61,817 bases of DNA from a virus (Duplodnaviria > Caudoviricetes). The DNA lies in IMG/VR virus record IMGVR_UViG_3300036906_000071, positions 1 to 61,817 of that record; one strand, given 5' to 3'. This document shows positions 36,655 through 46,202 of this stretch, piece after piece. The translations under genes were made by a program, and so were the position numbers. Below the pieces are notes generated by a model. The model made no database searches. It saw only the letters and a program-made list of their open reading frames with translations, and was not told the origin of the DNA. Within the stretch, counting starts at the first letter, position 1. Each line of letters starts with the position of its first letter.

Positions 36655-37480
36655 TGCCCACCGCCTTCTTTAGCGCCAGATTGAAGAGCCACTGGAAGAA
36701 CCGCCGCAACCTCTTCCGCGTCTGGATCTTCTTCGCCATCCGCTTGCCCCAGCGTCCATACGCCGCCAGCACCGTCGGCCCATACCAGTGCGCGCGGAAG
36801 TCGCTGCCAAGCCATCTGCGCACAAGAATTGTGCGCGGGTCGGCCCAGCCGCCCCACAGCTCCGCCGCAATCCAGCAGCGTCCTGCCGCATTTTCCACAA
36901 TCGTATTTGCAGCCTGTTGCTGTTGCTCCAGATAGCTTGGCATCTCGCCAGCCTTCTGCTCTTCACCCAGCGCTCCAGCCGCCAGTTCGCCCTCGTCCTT
37001 GGCCAGGCCCATCTGCTGCCCAGTCACCCCTGCCTGCATTCCCGGCACTGCCTGATAGCCGCCCAGCGCCTTCTCGTTGTATCCGGCCTCCTGGCCGATC
37101 CGCTCCTGGTTCGCGCCCGCCACCTGCCCGCCCATGGTGCGCTGCGCCTGCTGCGCCGCCTCTTCCGCGCCCGCCACCGCGCCGCCCACATTCGCGCCGG
37201 TGCGCACGCTTGCGCCCTCCACCGCCTGCTTGGTCGCGTCGCTCACCCCCGCCGCCGTGTCGGCAAGCTGCTGGTTCTGCGCCGTCTGGAACTCGCCGCC
37301 CGCCACATAGGGGTTTGCCGAGGCAAACTTCCCCAACTGCGACTGGAAATTGTTAACGTCGCCCTGCTGGGTGGCAATGTCGCCCGGGACCGCGCCAAAC
37401 GCAGTTGTCGAATTTGCGTTGAGGGTTTGGTTCTGACTCTTGGCTGTATCTACTACCTGTCCTTCTTGGGCTCGGCTCAT
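36641..37480 (-). CDS. Internal virion/pilot-like protein with a CWIAAELWG C-terminal domain
   Basis: Gln/Ala/Gly-rich; basic C-terminal domain resembling CFI-box-CTERM. Confidence 0.7.
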   Translation of the reverse strand: MSRAQEGQVVDTAKSQNQTLNANSTTAFGAVPGDIATQQGDVNNFQSQLGKFASANPYVAGGEFQTAQNQQLADTAAGVSDATKQAVEGASVRTGANVGGAVAGAEEAAQQAQRTMGGQVAGANQERIGQEAGYNEKALGGYQAVPGMQAGVTGQQMGLAKDEGELAAGALGEEQKAGEMPSYLEQQQQAANTIVENAAGRCWIAAELWGGWADPRTILVRRWLGSDFRAHWYGPTVLAAYGRWGKRMAKKIQTRKRLRRFFQWLFNLALKKAVGNGGR

Positions 37481-37487
37481 CGTGTCC

Positions 37488-37907
37488 TCACAATTCTCGA
37501 TAGAAATGGGCCAGGTCTCCATCGACTCTGGCGGTGCATAGGCGTTTCGTCAATCCATCCTCAATCTGCGAAACTCGTGTCTTCGGCACCAGCACATGAA
37601 AGTCCTGGTAACCCATCTCGCGCAGCGCATAGAAGATCGCCGGGGCCTCGTCCATCATCGCTCCGGTTACCTCTTCCCCTCCGCCAAAACACATCAACTC
37701 CAGCGTCCTTTCAAACACGGCGCTTGCGCGCACCCGTCCGCGTTCATCCACGGCCACCAGCGCCAACGCAATCTTTGGCATCGGCCGGCCCTCCCGGTCG
37801 AACACCGGCGGCACCCCGTACTTCGTTCCGTCGCGCCGGTTCTGCGCCCGGCAGTGGCGCAGCACGGCCCTCATATCCGACGGCCGCATCCTGCGAATCT
37901 CGATCAC
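37488..37907 (-). CDS. GNAT-like tail assembly protein
   Basis: IEIRRMRPSDMRAV N-terminus; sits between tail and ejection genes; GTGA overlap. Confidence 0.6.
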   Translation of the reverse strand: MIEIRRMRPSDMRAVLRHCRAQNRRDGTKYGVPPVFDREGRPMPKIALALVAVDERGRVRASAVFERTLELMCFGGGEEVTGAMMDEAPAIFYALREMGYQDFHVLVPKTRVSQIEDGLTKRLCTARVDGDLAHFYREL

Positions 37908-38233
37908 TTCGGCCCGCTCCCGGTCCGCAGCGTTGGGTTCTGCTCCAGCTTCTCCATCACCGCCCGGTGGTGCGCGTGCAACGCCTCCAGCGTCTCCTGC
38001 TTCACCTTCTCGAAGTCTACCGGCGCGGCAGGCGTGGCCCGTCCGCACAACCTGCATGTGTCGCCGCCGAAGTGGTGGATCAGGTGGTGCTCCAGAGGCA
38101 CCAGCTTCCTGGGGTACACCTCTCTCCCGGTAATCGCGCTCACCGACGGAACCAGCACATCGGGGTTGTGAAACACCACCGTATGCGTCGCCGCCGCTGG
38201 ATCAAGCCATTCGTCTTTCTGTTGCCAGGCCAT
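37904..38233 (-). CDS. Hypothetical protein
   Basis: AGGAG RBS; CxxC motif. Confidence 0.7.
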   Translation of the reverse strand: MAWQQKDEWLDPAAATHTVVFHNPDVLVPSVSAITGREVYPRKLVPLEHHLIHHFGGDTCRLCGRATPAAPVDFEKVKQETLEALHAHHRAVMEKLEQNPTLRTGSGPK

Positions 38234-38242
38234 CGCTCGCTC

Positions 38243-39073
38243 CTACACTGCTGTCAGTCTTCCGCCGTTTCCGCCGGTTGCCGTGCCGCCGCCGGGAACT
38301 GGGCTGCCAACCGTCACCACTCCCACCGGCTCCAGATTGTCCGCCAGCGTCGTTGCCAGGCTGGGCTGCAGCCGGAACTGGCTGCCGTCCCACCCCACAA
38401 ACTGCTTACTCTGCTGCACCAGCCCCACAATCGTCGCCGATGGCCGCAGGCTCTCCACCCCGCCCTTCACCGCCGTGTAGGGCGTATACTTCCCGCCCGG
38501 CCCATTCACGCTCACCACGTCGCCCGCCCCGGTCGAAGTCGATGTTACCTCCGCGTAGTTGGTCTGGTTGAACGTCCCTCCCGGCGCAATCGCGCTCGAG
38601 CTCACCAGCCCGGCGTCCACCGCCGACTGCGACGCCATCTGGTATCCAGACCAGTTCTGCCGGTCGTAGCTCACCCGCATCCGCACAAAGTGGCTGGCCC
38701 CCGGCTGGTTCAGCACCAGGCTGTTGCCCGTCGTCACTGGATGCACTGTCACATTCGACGTAAATCCCTTCACCGGCGAGGTGCTGATCTCCTTCCACAC
38801 CGGCCGCCCCGCCTGCTCGCCGTCTTCCATCGCAATCGTGATGGCGCCGTTCGCCCCGCTCGCCGCGATCGATGTGCCGGCTGGCGCCACCTGCGTCGCC
38901 GCCGCCCCCTGGGGCCGCAGCGCATTCGGGTTGGTGGCCTGGATCGCCCCCACCAGCGTCTCCGCCAGCGTGCGAAAGTCCTCCGCCGCCGCGCTTCCGC
39001 CATTCGACGCAATCGACCTGCGCACGCTCTCAATCTGCGCGCTCAACGGCAGCGGACTGGCCTGGGTGCTCAT
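38243..39073 (-). CDS. Putative tail/adaptor protein
   Basis: Starts MSTQASP with ATGA overlap; beta-rich. Confidence 0.65.
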   Translation of the reverse strand: MSTQASPLPLSAQIESVRRSIASNGGSAAAEDFRTLAETLVGAIQATNPNALRPQGAAATQVAPAGTSIAASGANGAITIAMEDGEQAGRPVWKEISTSPVKGFTSNVTVHPVTTGNSLVLNQPGASHFVRMRVSYDRQNWSGYQMASQSAVDAGLVSSSAIAPGGTFNQTNYAEVTSTSTGAGDVVSVNGPGGKYTPYTAVKGGVESLRPSATIVGLVQQSKQFVGWDGSQFRLQPSLATTLADNLEPVGVVTVGSPVPGGGTATGGNGGRLTAV

Positions 39074-42000
39074 CGATCCTTCTCTCCGCGTCCCGGCGTC
39101 ACCGGAATCAGGTATACGGTCATCATCTTCAGGCTGAACCAGCTGTCCTTCACCTTGTTGTTGCGGAACTCCACGCTCCAATACTCGCCCATCTTCGGCG
39201 GCACCTTGCGCGTGATCCCCTCGCTCATGTCCGGCGTCAGAGGAATGTCGCGGCACTTGATCGCCAGCTTCGACCCGCCCTGCCCCGTCGCGCTGTCGCG
39301 CCCCTTCCTGAATGCCGCCGACAGGATGCCCTGCCCGTTGGCGTTCAGGTTGAAGCCCTCCGGCTTGCACACCGCCTGCATCAGCCCCGCGCTCACCGTC
39401 CGGTAGACGCAATCGATCCCAGTGCCATTGTCGTTGTAGATGCCCGGCGTCCTGCACGAGAGCCCGCCATCACCGCCGCTCGACCCAAAGAAGAGCTGGC
39501 TGACGGTAAAGCTCGAGTCCGGCATGGTGTTCCAGTCCGGCCCATTCACATACGCCGGCCCCGGCGGCAGCGTCCGCTTTACCCGCCGGATGGTGTTCGC
39601 CTGGATGTCCTGGAAGCTGTACCGCCGCGCCGCCTCCTGTGTCGCCTCGTGCTGCATGTATCCGAAGAAGTGGATTGGGTCCAGCCAGCCTTCCAGATAC
39701 GAAATTGCAATCACCATGTTCGGCACCGTCGAGCCGCCCATCGGCACGCTCACCAGCACCTGCTTCGTGTTCTCGTCGATGTAGCACTCGATCAGGCGCT
39801 TGCAGCTCCAGTTCACCTTCGCCCACTGCCGCGGCACCTCCTTCGCCATCAGGTCGGTCTCCCCGCCCTCGTACTTGTAGATTCCCTTCTCGTTCACCAG
39901 CATCACAAACTTCGAGCAGGCCGCCCACGCCTTCGGCCCGCACGCGCCAATGCCCTGGCTTGGCCCCTCGCCGCCCCAGCGCCGCTTCGCATTCCATCCC
40001 GACGCGCCGCCCGTCGTCGGCTCGATCGCATACCCCGAGGCCGACCGGACCGCCAGAATGATTCCCATGAATTTGTCCGTGAATCCGTAGCACTCCTCGC
40101 CGTTGGCGGAGATGGCCAGCGGCCCCAGGTCCCCGCGAAAGCTCTCCGGGTCGGTCTGCACCGAGATCATCCCCCCGCCATTCAACCCATCCACGCCGCT
40201 CAACGCCAGCGCCTGCACACTCTCCAGGTAATCCACACGCACGCACGGCGGCGGCGCAATCACCTGCATCCGGTCGTCCACATTGTTCTGCTGCATCAGG
40301 TAGGTGTCGTCGAAGCTGAAGCTGGCCTGCGTCGTTGTATTGTCCAGGATCGCCGTCGGCGTGTAGTTCGCATTGCCCACCGCCTCGGTCATCCCATACA
40401 CAAAGTTCTCGCTGGGAACAAGCAGGTTGATGTCGCCAATCCAGTCGAATGGGCCGTCCGCGGTGCCATCGGCCACGGTAAACGCCACCAGCCGCGCCTT
40501 CACATTGGCCGGCCCAATGGCAATCAGGAAGGCCCCCAGCTCCCAGCCATCCTCATCCACCGCGCAGCTCACCACGCTTGCCGCCGTAAAGCCGCTCACC
40601 GTCTCGTTCTGGTTCATCCACATCAGCGCGGCATAGCGCCGGCCCTGGCTGCCATTGATGCCGCCGCCTGCCGTGTCCGCCGCAATCGACCCTCCGGGGC
40701 CCGTCCCATTGACAGTTGGCGGATTCGGCCCAGTAGCCGTCTGCACGATGAATGGCTGCTGCGCCGGCTGGTAGTAGCCCACCAGCGCAAAGGCCGAAGG
40801 CGGCGGCGCGGCAGTCCCGGTCGCCACGTCCGCCTCGTAGATCCCAACGCTCGTGATGCTGTAAAGTTGCTCGTTGTCCGGCCCCAGCGGCTCGGCCACC
40901 GTCACCACCACCGCATCGTTCGGGTTGGTGTTGACGATGGAGTTGGCCGGCCCCAGCGGCGTCTCTCCCACACTGTTGGTGTAGGTCATCGCCACATAAA
41001 CGTCGCGCCCCGCAGGGAACAAGCCGGCGGGCAGCGTGGCTGAATTGGCGATAGGCGGCTGCGCACCGCCCGGAGTGACCCCTGTTACTATTGGCGCACT
41101 GCCTACTGCATAAGGAACTGCGTTGGCGCGGCAGTAAGGGCCGCCAAACTCCGATTGGTAGGCATTCACGCCGGTTACCGTCGGCCCATAGCTTGCCGCC
41201 AGGGAAATCTGCACTCCCTGGTTCGCTGCGGTGGTCGTAATCGTGGCAACCGCGCCCGGCGTGGTCTCCCCATTTATATTCAGCAGTGTCAGTTCAATCA
41301 GCACCACTGTGCCCGATCCAAACGTGCCGCTGCCATTCACCAGCGAGAGTCCCGGCGCCGCTGGCGGCGTCACCACGCTCCCCGCAGCCGAGCGCAGGAT
41401 GTCCGGCATCGCCGTTGGCGTCGGCAGTTGACCCGCGGTCACTCGCGCGCTGCAGAAGTTCGGCGGCGCGGCATTTCCCGGATCAACTCCATTTACGGGA
41501 AGAGTGGTTCCCAACCCCACTTCATACCCATATTGCGTATAGGTCGAGATCGCAGGGGCTGGAGAGCCTGTCGGCACAATCGCCACATAGACATTCGCTG
41601 TCAGCGGAATATAGGCCGCGCTCAGCGTCTGCTCCCATGCCGGCAATTGCGCCAGAGTGGGAATTGGTACTCGAACCGAGGTGCTTCCGAAGGTTGTGGT
41701 GATGAACACAGACGTAGAGGGCAGCGTCTCGCCAGCCGTATTATTTAATGTAATAACGACGTAGACATCCATCCCGGCAGCTATGCCGCCACCAGTGTTC
41801 AGGCTGAGGGTGGGAGAAGAGGGTGTCCAAAGCCGGTTGGCAATCACCATCGTCAGTTCTTTCCACACCACCTGGTTGGGGCCTGGATTGTCGATGTATT
41901 CTGTGCCGTCCGGGTCGGAAGCAGTGAAGGCCGGCGCTGCGGCTGCCGTGGTGCCATTGTTCTGCGCCTGGTAGGTGTGCCCGTTGCCCCCAGCTACCGC

Positions 42001-42555
42001 CGGCGTGCATATCTCGTTCGCCAGCACCGGCGTGTTCGGCTGCCACACCCAGCCCACCGGCTTCATCCCCAGCGGATAGACGGTCAGCGCCTTCGGATCG
42101 ATGCAGGCCGGGGTTGTGCTGGCCTGTTTCAGATTGCTGAACGCTGCCCACACTTTGTTGAAGGCCGAGCAGCCCAGCATGTGCGTCCCCACCGGCGGCG
42201 TGAATCCGCCGGGCGTGGCAGGGAACGCCACCGCGCGGCCCGTGCCCAGCGGCGCCTCGTATTGCAGCGTTCCGGCCGCATCGAAGAAGACAGGCCGCTC
42301 AAAGGCAGCCGTGACCCCGGCAAACTCCGGCTGATACACAAACTCTTCATGCCCGGTGATCGCCGCCTGGTTCTTGCCCTGGATGCCGAGATTGATTCCC
42401 GCCCGCGTCGTCGCCGAGGTCACATTGCCCTGGTCGCGCGCAAACTCAACATTGCGGCAGACGCTGGCGCAGCCCACAGGCAGATTGGTCGGGTCGTCCT
42501 GGTCAACCTGCCCCAGGGAGCGCACAAACTGGACAGCTTTTCCAAACCATTGCAT
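39070..42555 (-). CDS. Tail nozzle/hub-like protein with repeated Ig-like inserts
   Basis: 1,161 aa; repeated T.xN..GET.P modules; position after the adaptor. Confidence 0.7.
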   Translation of the reverse strand: MQWFGKAVQFVRSLGQVDQDDPTNLPVGCASVCRNVEFARDQGNVTSATTRAGINLGIQGKNQAAITGHEEFVYQPEFAGVTAAFERPVFFDAAGTLQYEAPLGTGRAVAFPATPGGFTPPVGTHMLGCSAFNKVWAAFSNLKQASTTPACIDPKALTVYPLGMKPVGWVWQPNTPVLANEICTPAVAGGNGHTYQAQNNGTTAAAAPAFTASDPDGTEYIDNPGPNQVVWKELTMVIANRLWTPSSPTLSLNTGGGIAAGMDVYVVITLNNTAGETLPSTSVFITTTFGSTSVRVPIPTLAQLPAWEQTLSAAYIPLTANVYVAIVPTGSPAPAISTYTQYGYEVGLGTTLPVNGVDPGNAAPPNFCSARVTAGQLPTPTAMPDILRSAAGSVVTPPAAPGLSLVNGSGTFGSGTVVLIELTLLNINGETTPGAVATITTTAANQGVQISLAASYGPTVTGVNAYQSEFGGPYCRANAVPYAVGSAPIVTGVTPGGAQPPIANSATLPAGLFPAGRDVYVAMTYTNSVGETPLGPANSIVNTNPNDAVVVTVAEPLGPDNEQLYSITSVGIYEADVATGTAAPPPSAFALVGYYQPAQQPFIVQTATGPNPPTVNGTGPGGSIAADTAGGGINGSQGRRYAALMWMNQNETVSGFTAASVVSCAVDEDGWELGAFLIAIGPANVKARLVAFTVADGTADGPFDWIGDINLLVPSENFVYGMTEAVGNANYTPTAILDNTTTQASFSFDDTYLMQQNNVDDRMQVIAPPPCVRVDYLESVQALALSGVDGLNGGGMISVQTDPESFRGDLGPLAISANGEECYGFTDKFMGIILAVRSASGYAIEPTTGGASGWNAKRRWGGEGPSQGIGACGPKAWAACSKFVMLVNEKGIYKYEGGETDLMAKEVPRQWAKVNWSCKRLIECYIDENTKQVLVSVPMGGSTVPNMVIAISYLEGWLDPIHFFGYMQHEATQEAARRYSFQDIQANTIRRVKRTLPPGPAYVNGPDWNTMPDSSFTVSQLFFGSSGGDGGLSCRTPGIYNDNGTGIDCVYRTVSAGLMQAVCKPEGFNLNANGQGILSAAFRKGRDSATGQGGSKLAIKCRDIPLTPDMSEGITRKVPPKMGEYWSVEFRNNKVKDSWFSLKMMTVYLIPVTPGRGEKDR

Positions 42556-42635
42556 CGATGCCGGCCCTCAGTTGCAAATACACATCGGCCCACGCCCCGG
42601 TGCTCCAGGGCGCGGGCGATGCGGTTGGCTTGGTT

Positions 42636-43010
42636 CTATGCGGACTCTTCGGCCAGATGGATGCCCAGCAGCACGGATCCTGCAAGCACGGGTGCGGGAT
42701 AAGCCGCGCCGTTCGCCTGCTGCACCCCGGCCAGATACACCTCCAGCCCGATGTTGGTCAACGTCGGCACAGCCGGCCACGTCGGCTGCACATCGTAGCC
42801 AGCCATGTTGACGCTCAGCACCTCCACCGGCGTCGATGGCGCGCGCGATGGAAACGGACCGCCCAGCAGTTTCGGGTCCAGGATCGCGCCCAGGTTCAGT
42901 GCGTCGCTCTGTCCACCGGCGGCAGGCGTATTTCCGCTGAAGACCGCCTCCACCAGCAGTGTGTCGGGATTCGATGCCGGCCGACGCCCCAGCAGTGTCA
43001 ATGTAACCAT
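42636..43010 (-). CDS. Putative virion structural protein
   Basis: AAGGAG RBS; MVTLTLLG... Confidence 0.65.
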   Translation of the reverse strand: MVTLTLLGRRPASNPDTLLVEAVFSGNTPAAGGQSDALNLGAILDPKLLGGPFPSRAPSTPVEVLSVNMAGYDVQPTWPAVPTLTNIGLEVYLAGVQQANGAAYPAPVLAGSVLLGIHLAEESA

Positions 43011-43048
43011 GATGTTGCTCCTTTTTTGACCCGCCGCGGCGGGAGATT

Positions 43049-43756
43049 TTACTGCCAACGATACCCGTAGTAGCCACTGGCGTTGCGGTCCATCCGTCCG
43101 GTCCTCGCCGGGTTGTCTTGCGTCTGCCGCACCAGTTCGGCGGCAATGTTGTCGCAGGTTGCGTCGGCCCGCATGGCGTAGCCCTCCAATATCTGAGGGT
43201 TGGCGCGCTCCACCGCCGCCAGCGCCGCCGCTCCATAGCTTGTCGCCACCCACATCGAGGGGTCCACAATCAGCTCGTCCTCGTCCGCTGTCAGCTCCGG
43301 CGGCGTGAACCGGCCCCGTACTTCGAAGTCCAGCGCAGCCGCCGATGGCGTTACCAGCAGCTTGTTCCCCAGCCAGTCCCAGGCCACTACCGCATTTAGC
43401 ATCACTGGCGTCGCGCCCGGCGGGGACGCCGGCGGCAACTGGTGCGGCCCGTGCCCCCTGCGAAAGTAGTTTGCCGGCGTCCCCGCCGGCTTCGTCCAAA
43501 CATGGTCCGGCGTGTACAGCCCGCACAGCGGCTGGCCCGCTCTCTGGTATTGATAGAGGCTAGTCGTGCCGGCGGCTACATTCGCCACCAGCACGACACC
43601 CTCCAGGTTCTGTCCGCAGGCGTTCCGTATGCGCAGATACTGGTCGCCATAGGTCTGGTTGATGAGCGGCGTCACATACTCGTCCGTCACCCAGTCCCCA
43701 TCCGGGTCGCCCAGCAGCGACTGTACCTTCGCCTTTACGTCTGCCAGTGTGTTCAC
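43049..43756 (-). CDS. Head-tail adaptor-like protein
   Basis: TLADVKAKVQSLLGD N-terminus; size and position fit podovirus adaptors. Confidence 0.65.
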   Translation of the reverse strand: MNTLADVKAKVQSLLGDPDGDWVTDEYVTPLINQTYGDQYLRIRNACGQNLEGVVLVANVAAGTTSLYQYQRAGQPLCGLYTPDHVWTKPAGTPANYFRRGHGPHQLPPASPPGATPVMLNAVVAWDWLGNKLLVTPSAAALDFEVRGRFTPPELTADEDELIVDPSMWVATSYGAAALAAVERANPQILEGYAMRADATCDNIAAELVRQTQDNPARTGRMDRNASGYYGYRWQ

Positions 43757-44895
43757 TTCTTCTCACCTGTCGCTTTCGCGCGCTCCTGCCGCCGCGCCGT
43801 CTGCTCCGTCAACAGCTTCATCACCTCTTTGTGCTCGGCCTCGGGCAGCACGTCCAGCACGCTCTCCGCCACCGGCCAGCCCCGCCGCACGCATTCCACG
43901 GCGCACTTCGCGTCGTAGGGCACCTTGCACGCTCCGCACATCAACGCCTCCGGGTCGATGGTGCTCGTCCGGCATACCGGGCAAACCTTCATCGCCTCGA
44001 ACGTCCCGCCTGCATCCGCATTCTCGTTCATCCATGGCTGCTTCTCCTTGAAGTAGCCGATCTCCACCCCAAAGAGACCCCAAACGCGCATTGGCCGCGT
44101 CACGTTGCGCCGTTCCATCTCGTCCTTCGAGTTGAACAGGCTGTACGCCTTCTGGCTGATCTCGTTGGTGAAGCGCACCTGATTCGCAATCAGCTTCTCC
44201 AGCTCCTCATACAGGTCGGTCTCGCGCAGCCGCACGCCAAGCTGGCCGTCGGTGTCCGGGATGGTGTATGCCTCCGGCACCCATATCTTGTTCTTGTTCT
44301 GCTTCAGCCGGTGCTCGTCCAGTTCGTGAATGTCGCCGTCGAAGATCAGCACGCCGCCCGTCATCTCTCCATCGCCCTGCGCCGTCGAGTAGGCGCGCCA
44401 GAAGTGCCACGCAATCTCCATCGGCGGGATGTAGCGCGCGCTCATCGTCGGCGTCGCCCAGGTCAGCTCGGGATGGTCCATCTGGCCGCCCGGCGATAGG
44501 TAATACTTCGCATCGCCCAGCGTCACATAGTGGGCGCGGTGCAGCCTTCCGCCGCGCTTGAACTCCCACTGCGTCTTCGATCCCGGCTCGCTGAAGGCTG
44601 GGATGCGCATATTGATCTGCCCGCCTACATGCAGCGGCACAGGATTGAAGTTCATGATGGTGCAGGGCTGCAGCGGCCCGCGGATGCGCCCCGTCTGGTC
44701 CTTCATTGTGCGGTCCTTCAGCTCGGCCCGCAGGTGGCGCATGGCGCGCTGGTTAGCCCGGTCGGCCGCGCCTATGGCCTCCTTCTGTTGTGTTGCAACC
44801 GCCTGTGGCATGGGCTCGGCCTGTATCTGTGTCGCTTTGGGTGCTTCTAAAGTTGCTGGCATTTCAATGCTCCTGGCGTTACTGGGTTGATTCAT
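43753..44895 (-). CDS. Hypothetical protein with a C-terminal zinc ribbon
   Basis: CPVC...CGAC. Confidence 0.8.
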   Translation of the reverse strand: MNQPSNARSIEMPATLEAPKATQIQAEPMPQAVATQQKEAIGAADRANQRAMRHLRAELKDRTMKDQTGRIRGPLQPCTIMNFNPVPLHVGGQINMRIPAFSEPGSKTQWEFKRGGRLHRAHYVTLGDAKYYLSPGGQMDHPELTWATPTMSARYIPPMEIAWHFWRAYSTAQGDGEMTGGVLIFDGDIHELDEHRLKQNKNKIWVPEAYTIPDTDGQLGVRLRETDLYEELEKLIANQVRFTNEISQKAYSLFNSKDEMERRNVTRPMRVWGLFGVEIGYFKEKQPWMNENADAGGTFEAMKVCPVCRTSTIDPEALMCGACKVPYDAKCAVECVRRGWPVAESVLDVLPEAEHKEVMKLLTEQTARRQERAKATGEKK

Positions 44896-44900
44896 CGCCT

Positions 44901-45593
44901 TTAAAACGCGGAAAGCTGAAAATCCTCTCCGCGGCCTACCTCTATCGCTACCTGGTTGCGGAACCGCTGCGCCGCCCGGCTCAGCGACCCCAGCACCGGA
45001 CCCACCATCGCCCGGCTGGTTGCCGCCATGCTCTCCTCGTACATTCCGGCAAGCCGCGAGCGCTCATACGCCTCCTCGGCCAGTTCGCCCTGCAAATAGG
45101 CGTCCCAGTCCTTTGGCCGCTCCTGCTCCTGGCGCATCCACTCCCGCACCCGCGCCCGCAGGTCCCCGGCCGCCTCGATCGCCGGCCATGGCCCGTCCAG
45201 CATGAAGTAGTCTCCGGCCCGCGGCACGCCCTGCATCATCCGCGTTCGCCCGTCCGCCCCGCTGCGCTGCGCGTCGTAGAACTCCTCGCTGCCCCACGAG
45301 CTCGCCGGAAACCAGCGCTCCAGAATCCATCCCTGGAACTTGTACCGTGGAACGTAAAACACGCCCTCCTGCACCCGGTCCGGCGCGGGCAACGCCACCT
45401 CCAACCCCCGCCCCGTCCACTTCTCCTCGCCGCCGCTGGGCATCGTGCGCAGTACGCCCTCCACCCGCAGCCGCTTGGCCTGCGCCAGAATCATCCGCCA
45501 CAGCGGACGTCCGTCCGGCGTGGCACCGCCATAGGCGCGCAGCATCGCGCGGACCCGCGCCGGTGTCTCCATCTCCAGGCAGTCGTCAGCCAT
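44901..45593 (-). CDS. Hypothetical head-associated protein
   Basis: WILERWFP motif; position after the capsid gene. Confidence 0.75.
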   Translation of the reverse strand: MADDCLEMETPARVRAMLRAYGGATPDGRPLWRMILAQAKRLRVEGVLRTMPSGGEEKWTGRGLEVALPAPDRVQEGVFYVPRYKFQGWILERWFPASSWGSEEFYDAQRSGADGRTRMMQGVPRAGDYFMLDGPWPAIEAAGDLRARVREWMRQEQERPKDWDAYLQGELAEEAYERSRLAGMYEESMAATSRAMVGPVLGSLSRAAQRFRNQVAIEVGRGEDFQLSAF

Positions 45594-46128
45594 TAGACAG
45601 CCTCGTAGGTCTTCTCAAAGATGTCGGGTTTACAGGGATAGAAGTGTTCTCCATCTGGTTCAGGAATAACAAAATCTCCGAGTTCTAGATTAACCAACTG
45701 CCCAGCATGAATGGTGTGGACATGAGGTTGATCGTTTCCAGATGTAAAGCAGGACATAGAATTACACATCCCCTTCACTAGTTTTGGGACTTATATACTT
45801 CAGTCCCTTTCTCCTAATCGACCCTGCGATATACGCCCGCAGTTAGCACTAACTCTTCGGGCACAAACATTTCCTTGATTGGACCGCCATGCGCATAGCC
45901 GGTGGCCAGGTTCAGAGATTCCAGCCCGACAAGATTTTGGGTGCCGACTACACCGAGATAGACCCCGGCGATGCAAAGGCGTTGCGACCTGCAATTACAA
46001 CGTCACCAACCTTCATTTTTGGTTCTCCTTTTCCCGTAAGGGATTCAAATATGTAATTCCCCTAGTTTTCCGTATTCGACATATTGTTCGGCTTCAATGA
46101 CAACAGGCTTCTTGCGATACTTTGCCAT
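45593..46128 (-). pseudogene. Conserved phage gene (YRKKPVVIEA...YPCKPDIFEKTYE) split by a cassette
   Basis: Removing 45786-46061 plus one duplication copy restores an 83-aa ORF (...EYGKL|VKGMC...). Confidence 0.9.
45786..46061. mobile_element. 276-bp non-autonomous cassette of the same TIR family as 15406-16164
   Basis: TIRs match 19/24; 8-bp duplication CTAGTTTT at 45778-45785 and 46062-46069; frameshifted passenger ORF at 45814-46016. Confidence 0.9.
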
Positions 46129-46151
46129 GTGCGGGCTCCTTGCTAAAGTTG

Positions 46152-46180
46152 CGCGGCGGGGTTTGTGAGGCCCCGCCGCG
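46152..46180 (-). terminator. Strong hairpin after the capsid gene
   Basis: CGCGGCGGGG...CCCCGCCGCG stem with a weak U-tract. Confidence 0.45.
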
Positions 46181-46202
46181 GACTGAATTGCAGCTCGGAC
46201 AA

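Noticed and set aside
15406-46061. A single large composite transposon or an autonomous IS between the TIRs
   Set aside because: Each small element has its own distinct 8-bp duplication, and no transposase is present.
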